From an uncultured virus (IMG/VR IMGVR_UViG_3300025141_013938) (taxonomy: Duplodnaviria > Heunggongvirae > Uroviricota > Caudoviricetes): a stretch of DNA of 64,000 nucleotides. Both the position numbers and the translations under genes were made by a program. The notes under the pieces are model-generated. The model searched no databases. It worked only from the letters and a program-made list of their open reading frames with translations, and was not told the origin of the DNA. Each line of letters begins with the position of its first letter. The stretch's first letter is position 1. The DNA lies in IMG/VR virus record IMGVR_UViG_3300025141_013938; one strand, 5' to 3'. Positions 19,757 to 29,522 of this stretch are shown in pieces.

Positions 19757-21805
19757 ATGGCAAATTCAAATAAAAGCCTATTCAGAAAGTTAACACAGCT
19801 GTTCAGAAGCGGTCCAGTCATAAAGAGAAAGGTTCGAGATTTTGAATCTAGCTCTAAGACATCCTCAGCCTTTGAGCTTTTTAGAAAAAATCAGAGCCAC
19901 GTCTATAGCACAGCAATGAGCGCATATGGCACGTATGATAGGATGGCAAGATATTCTGATTTTTCAGAGATGGAATATACACCAGAGATATCCAGTGCGC
20001 TAGACATATATTCAGAAGAAACTGTGGCATCTGATGAACACGGAAGAGTGCTTCACATCTATTCTGAGAATCCTACGATAGATAGACTATTAACTGAACT
20101 ATTTTATGACACACTAAACGTGGAATTTAACCTCACTTCGTGGGTAAGAAATCTTTGTAAGTACGGAGACTTTTTCTTATTCAATGATGTTGCCCCAGAC
20201 CAGGGAGTCATTAATGCATATCCTATGCCAGTTAATGAGGTAGAGAGAGAGGAGGGCTTTGATCCTGAAGATCCGATGGCAGTGAGATTTAGGTGGGTGA
20301 CCCAGGGGAATCAGGTACTTGAAAATTGGCAAGTTTCTCATATGAGAGTCCTGGGAAATGATGCATTCCTGCCATATGGCTCTTCTGTCCTTGAAGCTGC
20401 GAGAAGAATTTGGAGACAGCTGATACTTGTCGAGGATGCTATGCTAGTCTATAGGGTTGTCAGGTCACCTGAGAGACGAGTGTTTTACGTCGATGTCGGA
20501 AATGTTCCTCCAGAAGATATTCCGAACTATATGGAGCAGGTTCAGTCAACACTAAAGAAGTCCGAGGTGATTGATAAGTCATCTGGAAGGGTTGACCTGA
20601 GATATAATCCTCTGAGTGTTGATGAGGACTATTATATTCCAGTTAGGGGGGCAGAGTCTGGAACAAAAATTGACACGCTAGCTGGGGGAGCAAATGCAAC
20701 AGCAATCGAAGATGTTGAGTATATACAAAAAAAGCTTTTTGCTGCATTAAAAATACCTAAGGCATATCTTGGATATGATGAAGGGCTCGGAGCAAAGGCA
20801 ACCCTATCTCAAGAAGACATACGATTCTCTAGAACAATTGCTAGAATTCAAAGAACAGTCGTAGCTGAGCTCAATAAGATAGCAATAATTCACTTATTTT
20901 GCAATGGATTTGAGGGAGAAGACCTCCTAGACTTCAGCCTTCAGCTCAGCAATCCCTCTACGATTGCACAGCAGCAAAAGCTAGAACTATATAGGACAAG
21001 ATTTGAAATTGCAACATCTGCAGCAGGAAATGAGGGGCTTGTCAGTAGGGACTGGGTTAGAAAAAAGCTATTTAATATGACAGATGACGACATCGCTAAT
21101 ATTCAAAGAGAGAGAATAGAAGATAAGGAAGAAGATCTTGAGGTTGAAGCTGTCAAGTTGCCAGGGTCTGGAGGGGATGAAGAGCTGGGAGGAGATCTCT
21201 CAGCACCACCGCTAGCTGAATCTGAAATAGATGACATCAGTGATAATAAATCAGGCTTTGACTTTGATAAACTATCAATATCAGACATAAATTCTCCAAT
21301 TATTGCTCAAAATACTGTTAACAGGCTATCGTCAATAAATGAGGAGAGTGACAATGAGGAGAGTGACTATGACATCGAAGATGAACTATTAGAGAGTGAT
21401 CCTGAAACACAGGCCGAAAAAGATATAGCAAATAGCAAGAGAAGAAATAGAAAAGGGTACTCAGATACTGATCATCTTTCACTTGTGTCGCATGATCCTT
21501 CAGATGTTTCAGACTCTATTTCTCACCCATACGCTGAAAAGCTCCGAAGGCAAAAAGATAAAGGTGAACAAAGAGATGCTGTTAATCCACTGAGAAGAGC
21601 ACATAGGACTGGATTAAACGAATATGAGGGATATATGACTGGATTTCTTGATGATAAGCTTAATAATCATGCAAATATGACTGCTAGACTACAATCGACC
21701 TTAAAATCTCTAGAGAAGAGAATACATAATAAAAGGACAATTCTTTCTGAGAATGATGAGTTAGACATACAATCTCGTGAGCATGAATCTTACGGGGAGG
21801 ACTAA
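19757..21805 (+). CDS. Portal protein (T4 gp20-like) with long acidic C-terminal extension
   Basis: EDAMLVYRVVRSPERRVFYVDVGN, EDYYIP.RG, IDTLAGG, IEDVEYIQKKLFAALKIPK. Confidence 0.93.
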   Translation: MANSNKSLFRKLTQLFRSGPVIKRKVRDFESSSKTSSAFELFRKNQSHVYSTAMSAYGTYDRMARYSDFSEMEYTPEISSALDIYSEETVASDEHGRVLHIYSENPTIDRLLTELFYDTLNVEFNLTSWVRNLCKYGDFFLFNDVAPDQGVINAYPMPVNEVEREEGFDPEDPMAVRFRWVTQGNQVLENWQVSHMRVLGNDAFLPYGSSVLEAARRIWRQLILVEDAMLVYRVVRSPERRVFYVDVGNVPPEDIPNYMEQVQSTLKKSEVIDKSSGRVDLRYNPLSVDEDYYIPVRGAESGTKIDTLAGGANATAIEDVEYIQKKLFAALKIPKAYLGYDEGLGAKATLSQEDIRFSRTIARIQRTVVAELNKIAIIHLFCNGFEGEDLLDFSLQLSNPSTIAQQQKLELYRTRFEIATSAAGNEGLVSRDWVRKKLFNMTDDDIANIQRERIEDKEEDLEVEAVKLPGSGGDEELGGDLSAPPLAESEIDDISDNKSGFDFDKLSISDINSPIIAQNTVNRLSSINEESDNEESDYDIEDELLESDPETQAEKDIANSKRRNRKGYSDTDHLSLVSHDPSDVSDSISHPYAEKLRRQKDKGEQRDAVNPLRRAHRTGLNEYEGYMTGFLDDKLNNHANMTARLQSTLKSLEKRIHNKRTILSENDELDIQSREHESYGED

Positions 21806-21810
21806 AAATA

Positions 21811-22665
21811 ATGGGAAGATCTCACAATAAAAAGAGAAATGTAGGGATCATTTATGAGCTTTTATTAAGAAATATCTCAAACTCTCTCGTAGAGAGTGAT
21901 AAGAATAAAGCAGCTATGGCACTAAAGATCATAGAAAAAAGATTTGATAGCTCTACAGCACTCTATAGGGAATTTAGATTATTTAATGCACTTGCAAAGT
22001 CAACAATCAGTGATTCTGCAATCGCTGCTGCAATTTTAACAGAGGCAAAGAATGCAGCTAGACGATGTGACATTGGAAAGCTTTCAAAGGAAAAATCATA
22101 TCTTATACGAGATATAAATCACACATTACAAGATGGTGACTTTTATCACAGAAGAATACCTGAGTATAAAATTTATGCGACAATCCAAACACTTTTAAAT
22201 GAGTGGAGAAAAGAAGACAGGTCTAATTTATCTAAAATGGTTCAATATGAAGCAAAAGTCATAGAGTGGCTGCTGAGTGAGAAAGAATCATGTTTAATAG
22301 ATGAAATTTCAAATCCAGACGTCAATCAGCTTGTTGTTAAGATAATGACAGAAAAAATAAATGATAAATACAAGGGGAAGCTTGATAAAAAACAGAGAGG
22401 ATTAATAAAGTCATATGTTTTCTCTATTTCAAATGATAACGGATCCTCTATAAAGCGAAATTTAAAAAATGTCAGGCTAGAGACAATCAAAAATCTTGAA
22501 TCCCTTAAAGAAAACACAGATAATAATATAATACTTGAGAAAATAGATCTTGTGAAAAATAAAGTTGAGAGACAGGATTCTAGCATAATCTCTGATGATA
22601 ATATTTCTAAATTTCTAGTGATAATGAAGCTTCATGAAGAAGTAAGGGAGTCTCTAAATGAATAA
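21811..22665 (+). CDS. Hypothetical head-module protein
   Basis: Helical ORF between portal and protease, overlapping the protease start. Confidence 0.6.
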   Translation: MGRSHNKKRNVGIIYELLLRNISNSLVESDKNKAAMALKIIEKRFDSSTALYREFRLFNALAKSTISDSAIAAAILTEAKNAARRCDIGKLSKEKSYLIRDINHTLQDGDFYHRRIPEYKIYATIQTLLNEWRKEDRSNLSKMVQYEAKVIEWLLSEKESCLIDEISNPDVNQLVVKIMTEKINDKYKGKLDKKQRGLIKSYVFSISNDNGSSIKRNLKNVRLETIKNLESLKENTDNNIILEKIDLVKNKVERQDSSIISDDNISKFLVIMKLHEEVRESLNE

Positions 22666-23266
22666 AGATAATCTTAAGCTCTTAACAGAGTGGTTGCCGC
22701 TAAGTTACACGACTGAAATGATAAACGAGTCAATTCAGAGCAATGACGGAAAGATAATGCTAAAGGGTATATTGCAGAGATGTGATACACTAAATCAGAA
22801 TGGAAGGATTTATCCTAAGGCAATTTTAGAAAGAGAGGTCCTTAATTATCAAAAGTTTATACAGGAAAATCGAGCACTTGGTGAGTGTGATCACCCTGAT
22901 TCCTCTGTTGTCGAATTAAAAAATGTATCTCACATCGTTAGAGATGCACAGATGGACGGAGATAATGTTGTGGGTCTCATAGAGATATTAAATACGCCTA
23001 GCGGAAATATCTTGCAGAGCCTAATACAGGCAGGTGTGACACTTGGAATTAGCTCTAGAGGTGTGGGATCAACACTCAAGGAAGGAAACTGTCAAATAGT
23101 TCAGGATGATTTTCAATTAATTTGTTTTGACATGGTAAGTGAACCATCAACACCTGGTGCATTCATGCTCAGAGAGGGAAAGATGATATCACAGGAAGAC
23201 CTAGATAAATCATTTAACAGAACTGATAGAATTGATAGAATTTTTAATGATATTCTATCGTGGTAG
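22658..23266 (+). CDS. Prohead protease (T4 gp21-like)
   Basis: NQNGRIYP, ALGECDHP, LGISSRGVG, FDMVSEPSTPGA. Confidence 0.93.
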   Translation: MNKDNLKLLTEWLPLSYTTEMINESIQSNDGKIMLKGILQRCDTLNQNGRIYPKAILEREVLNYQKFIQENRALGECDHPDSSVVELKNVSHIVRDAQMDGDNVVGLIEILNTPSGNILQSLIQAGVTLGISSRGVGSTLKEGNCQIVQDDFQLICFDMVSEPSTPGAFMLREGKMISQEDLDKSFNRTDRIDRIFNDILSW

Positions 23267-23273
23267 GTAAATT

Positions 23274-23726
23274 GTGGCGAAGCTCTCTAGGGTCGTAATT
23301 AAAAATATTGTTAAGGAATGTCTAATAGAGATATTAGAGGAAGGTCTTTCTACAGCATCCCCCTCTTTTCTAAGTGAGTCAAGAAAGTCAGCTAGACATA
23401 TAAATGATATCGATGGCAGGCCAGATAGAAAGAGGCCTAGCAAGAAAAATATTACAGATGATAAGATAATTAATCAAGACTTTGAATCAAATGTAAACAA
23501 TGTTGCTAATAGCATGACATCAGATCCAGTTCTCTCATCAATACTTGTTGACACAGCCAAGACAACATTACAAGAGCAGCAGAGTATTGAACAGAGCGGT
23601 GTAGCCGGAAGCTCATTAATGCATCAGTCAGGTGGTGATGAAGCTTCTCAGGTAATGAATAACTCAGACCCTACAGAGGTTTTTTCAGAATCTGCATCTA
23701 AGTGGGCTGACTTAGCCTTTTCCTGA
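23274..23726 (+). CDS. Putative prohead core/internal protein
   Basis: IKNIVKECLIEILEEG N-terminus; head-module position. Confidence 0.55.
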   Translation: MAKLSRVVIKNIVKECLIEILEEGLSTASPSFLSESRKSARHINDIDGRPDRKRPSKKNITDDKIINQDFESNVNNVANSMTSDPVLSSILVDTAKTTLQEQQSIEQSGVAGSSLMHQSGGDEASQVMNNSDPTEVFSESASKWADLAFS

Positions 23727-23798
23727 TCTAAATCGATCTTAATAATTTCGTTAATTTATTACTTGCAAGATATGTATGATTAAGACCCGGAGTTTAAT

Positions 23799-24053
23799 AT
23801 GGCAAAGAGAAGCAAGAAGCTCACACTTAATACGTTGAGAAAGATGGTTAACGAAGAGAAGAAGAAGCTCAAGTCACAGGGTGTCATCTCTTCAGACACG
23901 GTGGAAGATGCCTGGTCTGGCGGAGATAATTTAGTTAATCAAATTGATTACATCAAAAAATTAGGAATTGTTGAGTCAAGGCTAAGAAAGAAGGCAGCCA
24001 AAATATCTAGAGCAAGAGTAGAATTAAAGAAGAGACTAGTTAAGGACATGTAG
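23799..24053 (+). CDS. Small basic head-module protein
   Basis: GGAG RBS; LRKMVNEE motif; very Lys/Arg rich. Confidence 0.6.
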   Translation: MAKRSKKLTLNTLRKMVNEEKKKLKSQGVISSDTVEDAWSGGDNLVNQIDYIKKLGIVESRLRKKAAKISRARVELKKRLVKDM

Positions 24054-24586
24054 TGGCAGACGATCCACAAACTATTGTTGAGCCCATAGTCGAGATACCA
24101 GCTTCACCGTTCGGTTCCCGGAATGAGAGCATCCTCAGAAGTTCATTTCCAAATTCACCGATCTACCTGCATGAGATGACTGATGATAGAATTAAAGATA
24201 GCTTTCAGGACAGTGTGTTAGACGGAGAGGTCATAGCTGGTCTCGGTTTTGCAACTACTGTACAGATGCAATACTATAAAAATAGCCCACCGAACATGAT
24301 TCACGTTGTGCAGACCACCTCATCTCCCGGCGGCGGAATGGGAGCAGGCATGACTGTGACTGATAATGTCTGGCCAGCTCCTAATATTGTTTCTTCACCT
24401 GGGCCACCCAATGCATCAGGCGGTCACGGAGTTGGAGCTGATCCATCATTTCAAGCTAGCGTTGTAAAGGTAGAGCAGACGTCTGTTGGATACGGCTCCG
24501 GGCCAGCAGAGCCCAGTAATCCTTCTGTAGAGTCAGAGAGAATTTCTAATCAACAGTTCAATGGACTTATTCCTGGAAATTCTTAA
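24053..24586 (+). CDS. Pro/Gly-rich hypothetical protein, paralog of 24652-25146
   Basis: Shared PQTIV...P.G.RNE..L...SPIY..E.TDD N-terminus; TAGTG overlap. Confidence 0.65.
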   Translation: MADDPQTIVEPIVEIPASPFGSRNESILRSSFPNSPIYLHEMTDDRIKDSFQDSVLDGEVIAGLGFATTVQMQYYKNSPPNMIHVVQTTSSPGGGMGAGMTVTDNVWPAPNIVSSPGPPNASGGHGVGADPSFQASVVKVEQTSVGYGSGPAEPSNPSVESERISNQQFNGLIPGNS

Positions 24587-24651
24587 AGAATTATAGTCTT
24601 ATTTTCTATATTGAGAATATTTAAAACATAGGATATCGGAGGTACTAGGCC

Positions 24652-25146
24652 ATGGCAGAACAACCACAGACAATTGTCGCGCCACCGCCAGCAGCAGACA
24701 AGCCGCTAGGGGCGAGAAATGAAACAAATCTTCAGAGCGCATACGGTGAATCACCAATATACAAGGGTGAGATAACAGACGATGAGAGAAAGGTGGAGTT
24801 TGAAGCTCTAGCACTTAATGGTCTAGTCACAGACGGGCTTGGAATGAATTCATTCCAGAGAGATTATGATGCTAATAACCCGCCTGATCTCGAAGATGTA
24901 GAAACGGGAGGCCAGGGCAAGCCTGCGACACCCTATGTTCCGAATCCATCCTCACCAGGGCCGGGCAGCATATCACCTAATGATGTGCCAGAATTCACAG
25001 GAGAGATACCAGATAGTGCACCTGAGTTCGGATCTGGTCTCGGAGGCACAACATCACCGTCAGTCACCTCTGAAAACATATCAGCTCAAAAACTAGGCCA
25101 GTATATCTCTGGAAGATCATATCAGGGGTCTGACGGTCGAGGGTGA
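24652..25146 (+). CDS. Pro/Gly-rich hypothetical protein, paralog of 24053-24586
   Basis: GGAGG RBS; similarity to the preceding ORF. Confidence 0.7.
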   Translation: MAEQPQTIVAPPPAADKPLGARNETNLQSAYGESPIYKGEITDDERKVEFEALALNGLVTDGLGMNSFQRDYDANNPPDLEDVETGGQGKPATPYVPNPSSPGPGSISPNDVPEFTGEIPDSAPEFGSGLGGTTSPSVTSENISAQKLGQYISGRSYQGSDGRG

Positions 25147-25805
25147 TGACCAAAAAGCTTTACTATAATCCATCAACTGCTAATGCAGATCTCCGAAAGG
25201 GGATGGGCTATGGTAAGGCTCAAAAGACGCCAAGCCTTGGCACTGGTCTCGGATCAGAGGCTATCATGGGATCATCAGAGACAGGGATATATTCAGAACC
25301 ATCATCTCGTGAATTTTTTGATGATGATCCTCAGGAATTTGGATTTGATGACGATGATATTGATAATTTCGTGTCCAGGGTGAACCTATATTATATGAGA
25401 GCGGATCCAAGTCACTGGCCCAGAGCCGATCGTGGGTCACTTGCTCACTCTAGTAATATATGGGAAGCCACTGATGATGGATTAGTTCCAGCTATTAAGC
25501 CCCAGAGACTTCCCAAAGCTAGAAAGGGAATTTCACCATTTTCTTCTAAGACATTATATCCAAAGGGATTTAATGGTCCGCCACTAGGTACAGGAAATGC
25601 AGGTCAGGCATTTAAAACTACAGGACCATTTATAGGAATAGGAACACAGTATGGAACATCTAGGGCTCCTATTAATACTGTCGATGACGGAATTGAAGCA
25701 GGAAGCTATCTAGATATCCTAGATATGGATCCTTCTGAGAGAGAGATTTTAAAGCAAAGAATAAAGATGCTAAAAATCCTTAACACACTAGACGAAGGAT
25801 TTTAG
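25143..25805 (+). CDS. Hypothetical head-module protein
   Basis: GTGA overlap with the upstream stop; Gly/Pro rich. Confidence 0.6.
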   Translation: MMTKKLYYNPSTANADLRKGMGYGKAQKTPSLGTGLGSEAIMGSSETGIYSEPSSREFFDDDPQEFGFDDDDIDNFVSRVNLYYMRADPSHWPRADRGSLAHSSNIWEATDDGLVPAIKPQRLPKARKGISPFSSKTLYPKGFNGPPLGTGNAGQAFKTTGPFIGIGTQYGTSRAPINTVDDGIEAGSYLDILDMDPSEREILKQRIKMLKILNTLDEGF

Positions 25806-25863
25806 CACCAGAGGGTGGTAAATTCATATTTATCTTTATATTTAATAACAATGAGGGTTACAC

Positions 25864-27417
25864 ATGTCTAAGTCACTTTACGATGAAGCAATCGCCGAGG
25901 CAAAGCTACTACAAGAGACTGCTGAGCAGAATGCAAAAAATGCGATCATCGAGGCAGTTACGCCGAAGATAAGAGAATTCATTGAGGAACAGCTTCTGAG
26001 AGAGACATCAAGTGCATCTGATGATGACATACTTGAAAGTGTTGCAGCTGATATTCTTAGCACTGATGACGAGAATGTTATTTTAGATGAGAGTGCTCTG
26101 TCATCGCTTTTAGAAAAGTTTGGCGGTGATGACATCAGGACTGCTCAAAAGTCTGCTAAGAGCGCCTATAAGTCAGCGCTAAAAGAGGCATTTGACAGCC
26201 TAAATGACGAAAATCGAAGAAAACTGGTTCAAGTTGCTAATAAAGTTAGACATAGTGCTGATTTTTTGCATGAGAGAAACATAGATATTGATGACAAGAC
26301 TCAACAGGAGAACTTAAGCATGTCACGAGATGAGATTTTATATGAGGTCGACCTAGACGATCTTGACAATTTACTTTCTGAGCGTCGCGGAGGCAAGAAG
26401 GGCGATCGCTCTCACGCCGTAGACTATGAGGACTTAGATGAAGAGAGAGGCGGAAAGAAGGGCGATCGCTCTCACGCCGTAGACTTCAGTGAAAGCCTTG
26501 ATGAAGATGATGAGCTTGATCTCGATGAGATAATGAGTCTGCTAGGAGACGACTTATTGAGTGAGGACGTTCTTGAGATAGACCTCGGTGACCTCGCTGT
26601 TGAGGATGAACTGCAAGATGCACTATCTAGAGCATCTATCTCAGTTCGACAGTCTGAAGAGGATGAAGAGGTCGATGTAGATGAACTAGAGGACGCTGAG
26701 GCCCCTGACGACGCAGAAGTCGAGGTGGGCTTCGAAGAAGAATTTGAAGAGGAAAGCCTCGATGAGGTTTTTGAGATAGATGAGAACTTGCTACGCTCTG
26801 AGCTAAGACGCCTTTATAGAAGTGGTGCACTCGAGGAAGCAAAGGATCTTGTTAAACTAAAAGGAATCAAAAATGATATGGCAGCTAGCTGGGGCGGAAA
26901 AGGCGACGGCAAGGCTGGTGTAAAGGGAGCATACGGCGGAACTGGTACTGGAAAGACCGGTCCCGTGGGTGCATATGGCGGCGGAAAGGCGAGCGGAGAC
27001 CCATTAAAGGTCAAGCTCAATAAGCTTTCTGAGGCATTATTAAAAGAGAGACGCAGTAATCGATCTCTCAAAGGAAGGCTCGGTGAATACAGAAGTGCAG
27101 TTGAAACACTTCGTGAGCAACTAACAGACTTAAATCTGTTCAACGCAAAGCTTCTCTATGTCAATAAGCTCTTGCAGGATAAGACGACAACTCCTTCGAG
27201 GAAGCGTTCTATCGTCGAGGCAATTGACAAGGCGAAAACCTTAAGAGAGGTGAAGCTACTTTATAGAAGCCTGACTCAGATAGATTCAGGCAGATTAAAT
27301 GAACACACATCCCGCAGGGTTATGGGTTCCTCATCTAGGCCTACAGGCAGGTCCTCTTCCTCCTCTTCAGCTACGGCTGAAGTGGATAGGTGGTCAGTAC
27401 TAGCAGGTCTTAAGTAA
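25864..27417 (+). CDS. Prohead scaffolding/core protein (gp22-like role)
   Basis: Very acidic, coiled-coil protein directly upstream of the MCP, with many LxE sites. Confidence 0.75.
   Translation: MSKSLYDEAIAEAKLLQETAEQNAKNAIIEAVTPKIREFIEEQLLRETSSASDDDILESVAADILSTDDENVILDESALSSLLEKFGGDDIRTAQKSAKSAYKSALKEAFDSLNDENRRKLVQVANKVRHSADFLHERNIDIDDKTQQENLSMSRDEILYEVDLDDLDNLLSERRGGKKGDRSHAVDYEDLDEERGGKKGDRSHAVDFSESLDEDDELDLDEIMSLLGDDLLSEDVLEIDLGDLAVEDELQDALSRASISVRQSEEDEEVDVDELEDAEAPDDAEVEVGFEEEFEEESLDEVFEIDENLLRSELRRLYRSGALEEAKDLVKLKGIKNDMAASWGGKGDGKAGVKGAYGGTGTGKTGPVGAYGGGKASGDPLKVKLNKLSEALLKERRSNRSLKGRLGEYRSAVETLREQLTDLNLFNAKLLYVNKLLQDKTTTPSRKRSIVEAIDKAKTLREVKLLYRSLTQIDSGRLNEHTSRRVMGSSSRPTGRSSSSSSATAEVDRWSVLAGLK
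26395..26485 (+). repeat. Direct repeat, 31 nt identical, 60-nt period, within the scaffold gene
   Basis: aagaagggcgatcgctctcacgccgtagact at 26395-26425 and 26455-26485 (RGGKKGDRSHAVD twice). Confidence 0.9.
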
Positions 27418-27461
27418 ACAACTGCACAAAACCATTAATATCAAAATAGGAGATAATAAAA

Positions 27462-29426
27462 ATGGCAAAATCATTCACACTTAATCAGCTGACTGAGGGT
27501 ATCCGACAGAGAAATGTTGGTACCGAGGGACGTCGGCTGGTAGAGAAGTGGTCACGGACAGGACTTCTTAGAGGCCTAGACGACCATAAACGAGAGACAA
27601 TGTCTCGCATGCTAGAGAACCAGGCAGCTCAGCTCTTACGAGAGCAGAACAGCCTTGGTACGGGAGCCGGCGCTGGAACCACTTCAGGTGACATCCGTGG
27701 CTTCACTAACATCGCATTCCCGATCGTTCGCCGAGTATTCGGTGGCCTCATTTCTAATGAGCTAGTATCGATCCAGCCGATGAGCCTTCCATCCGGTCTG
27801 CTCTTCTACCTGGACTACACATACGGTACACGAATTGGCGGCGACGCTGACCTTCAGACAGGTGACGCTGGCTCTGCTGACGCGAGTACCTACGCTGTAG
27901 GTCAGTCGATCTATAATCGGCCGACTGGCAAGGGTGTTCAGTCAGGATCACTAGCGACAGGCGGTCAGTATGACCTCGCCGGTCACACATACACTAGAGT
28001 ACACCAGACTGTTGGTGGGATGGCTGCGGCTAACTCGCGGCTAACTCTTCTTAACTGGGGAGCGTGGCAAGGTAGCTCAGCAATGACGACAAATGCTGTC
28101 ATGGCAGCCACTGGGTCTGACGCAAAGAACGCACAGTTCGATCCGCAGCTCTTGTCTGTACTTGAGGGTAACTTAAGTGCTGCTGGCCAGCCTGGCAACA
28201 ATGCAGGAACCTTCCAGTTCTTGGTATTTGATGTCACTGATATGAGTTCACTTCAGATAGATCTGACGTCTGTCAAGGACATATCGCTCTTCAGTGACAA
28301 CGACGGTGCCGGTACGTCTATCAGCCAGACAGGAATGGCTGTTTGGAATGACAGCTGGCAGGGAGGAAAGAATATCCTCAACCTCAGGCGTCTCAATCAG
28401 CTGGGAACATTTGCTAACGGTGCTTTCACAGCTGATCCGATGGTCACGACAGCAACTACTAACGCTGCTCTGCTCTGTGTCGTGTCAGGCGTGCTACCAA
28501 CTGCATTCCGAGCTGTAAACGGTCACGGCCTCACAGGTTCCTATGCACTTGATCCGACACTGAGTGTTGACGGGGCTCAGGGTGACGTTCTCACGATCCC
28601 GACATTTGAGTCGAACTTCGCGACATCTCCTTCTCCTCGCATCCCTGAGATCGACATCAAGATCGAATCGATCGCGGTCACCGCAGTGACACGCAAGCTC
28701 AGAGCTCGCTGGTCACCAGAACTCGCACAGGATCTTAACGCTTACCACAGCCTTGACGCTGAGGTAGAGCTCACACAGATCCTCTCTGAGCAGATCGCTC
28801 TTGAGATCGACCGTGAGATCCTTAATGATCTCCTCACGCAGGCTAAGGGAGCTAACTACTTCTGGTCACGCATGCCAGGTAAGTTCGTTAATAAGACTAA
28901 CGGTGCTGAGCAGAAGCTCGCTGACTCGCTATCTGCCGGACCTCGGTTCACAGGTACAGTCCGTGAGTGGTATGAGACTCTCGTAGAGACAATCATAGAC
29001 GTCGCTAATGAGATCCACCGCAAGACCCTCAGAGGTTCCGCAAACTTCGTGGTTTGCTCTCCAGAGGTCGCTACGGTATTCGAGGCATCAGTTCTCTATA
29101 AGCCGAACTACAGCCTTGACGGACAGGGACAGGTCGGACAGCCCTTCACACTAGGTGCTGCCCCGATCGGATCGCTCAGTAATCGTTTCACGGTCTACAA
29201 GGATCCTTACTTCCCACGGAACAAGATCCTCGTCGGATACAAGGGCGGAAGCTACCTGGAGACAGGATATGTATACGCACCTTACGTGCCGTTGATCGTC
29301 ACACCTACTATCTTCGCACCGGAAGACTTCACACCCCGCAAGGGCGTGATGACCCGGTACGGTAAGAAGATGGTTCGCGCTGACTTCTACGGAACGGTAA
29401 CGGTCCTGGATCTAAACGTCATCTAA
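27462..29426 (+). CDS. Major capsid protein (T4 gp23-like)
   Basis: VSIQPMSLPSGLLFYL, TRKLRARWSPELAQDLNAYHSLDAEVELTQILSEQIALEIDREI, GYVYAPYVPL, FTPRKGVMTRYG. Confidence 0.95.
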   Translation: MAKSFTLNQLTEGIRQRNVGTEGRRLVEKWSRTGLLRGLDDHKRETMSRMLENQAAQLLREQNSLGTGAGAGTTSGDIRGFTNIAFPIVRRVFGGLISNELVSIQPMSLPSGLLFYLDYTYGTRIGGDADLQTGDAGSADASTYAVGQSIYNRPTGKGVQSGSLATGGQYDLAGHTYTRVHQTVGGMAAANSRLTLLNWGAWQGSSAMTTNAVMAATGSDAKNAQFDPQLLSVLEGNLSAAGQPGNNAGTFQFLVFDVTDMSSLQIDLTSVKDISLFSDNDGAGTSISQTGMAVWNDSWQGGKNILNLRRLNQLGTFANGAFTADPMVTTATTNAALLCVVSGVLPTAFRAVNGHGLTGSYALDPTLSVDGAQGDVLTIPTFESNFATSPSPRIPEIDIKIESIAVTAVTRKLRARWSPELAQDLNAYHSLDAEVELTQILSEQIALEIDREILNDLLTQAKGANYFWSRMPGKFVNKTNGAEQKLADSLSAGPRFTGTVREWYETLVETIIDVANEIHRKTLRGSANFVVCSPEVATVFEASVLYKPNYSLDGQGQVGQPFTLGAAPIGSLSNRFTVYKDPYFPRNKILVGYKGGSYLETGYVYAPYVPLIVTPTIFAPEDFTPRKGVMTRYGKKMVRADFYGTVTVLDLNVI

Positions 29427-29454
29427 TTTAATTTAGAGACGCCTAAGTCGCATC

Positions 29455-29491
29455 AGAAGGCACCCCAATTTTGGGGTGCCTTCTTTGTTTT
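29455..29491 (+). terminator. Rho-independent terminator after MCP
   Basis: AGAAGGCACCCCA-attt-TGGGGTGCCTTCT followed by TTGTTTT. Confidence 0.88.
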
Positions 29492-29494
29492 CAC

Positions 29495-29516
29495 TGTAAG
29501 CAAGAAGTGTTATACT
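29495..29516 (+). promoter_or_regulatory. Candidate promoter TGTAA-N11-TATACT (extended -10 TGn)
   Basis: The -10 hexamer ends 6 nt before ATG 29523; no SD. Confidence 0.5.
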
Positions 29517-29522
29517 TAGCAT

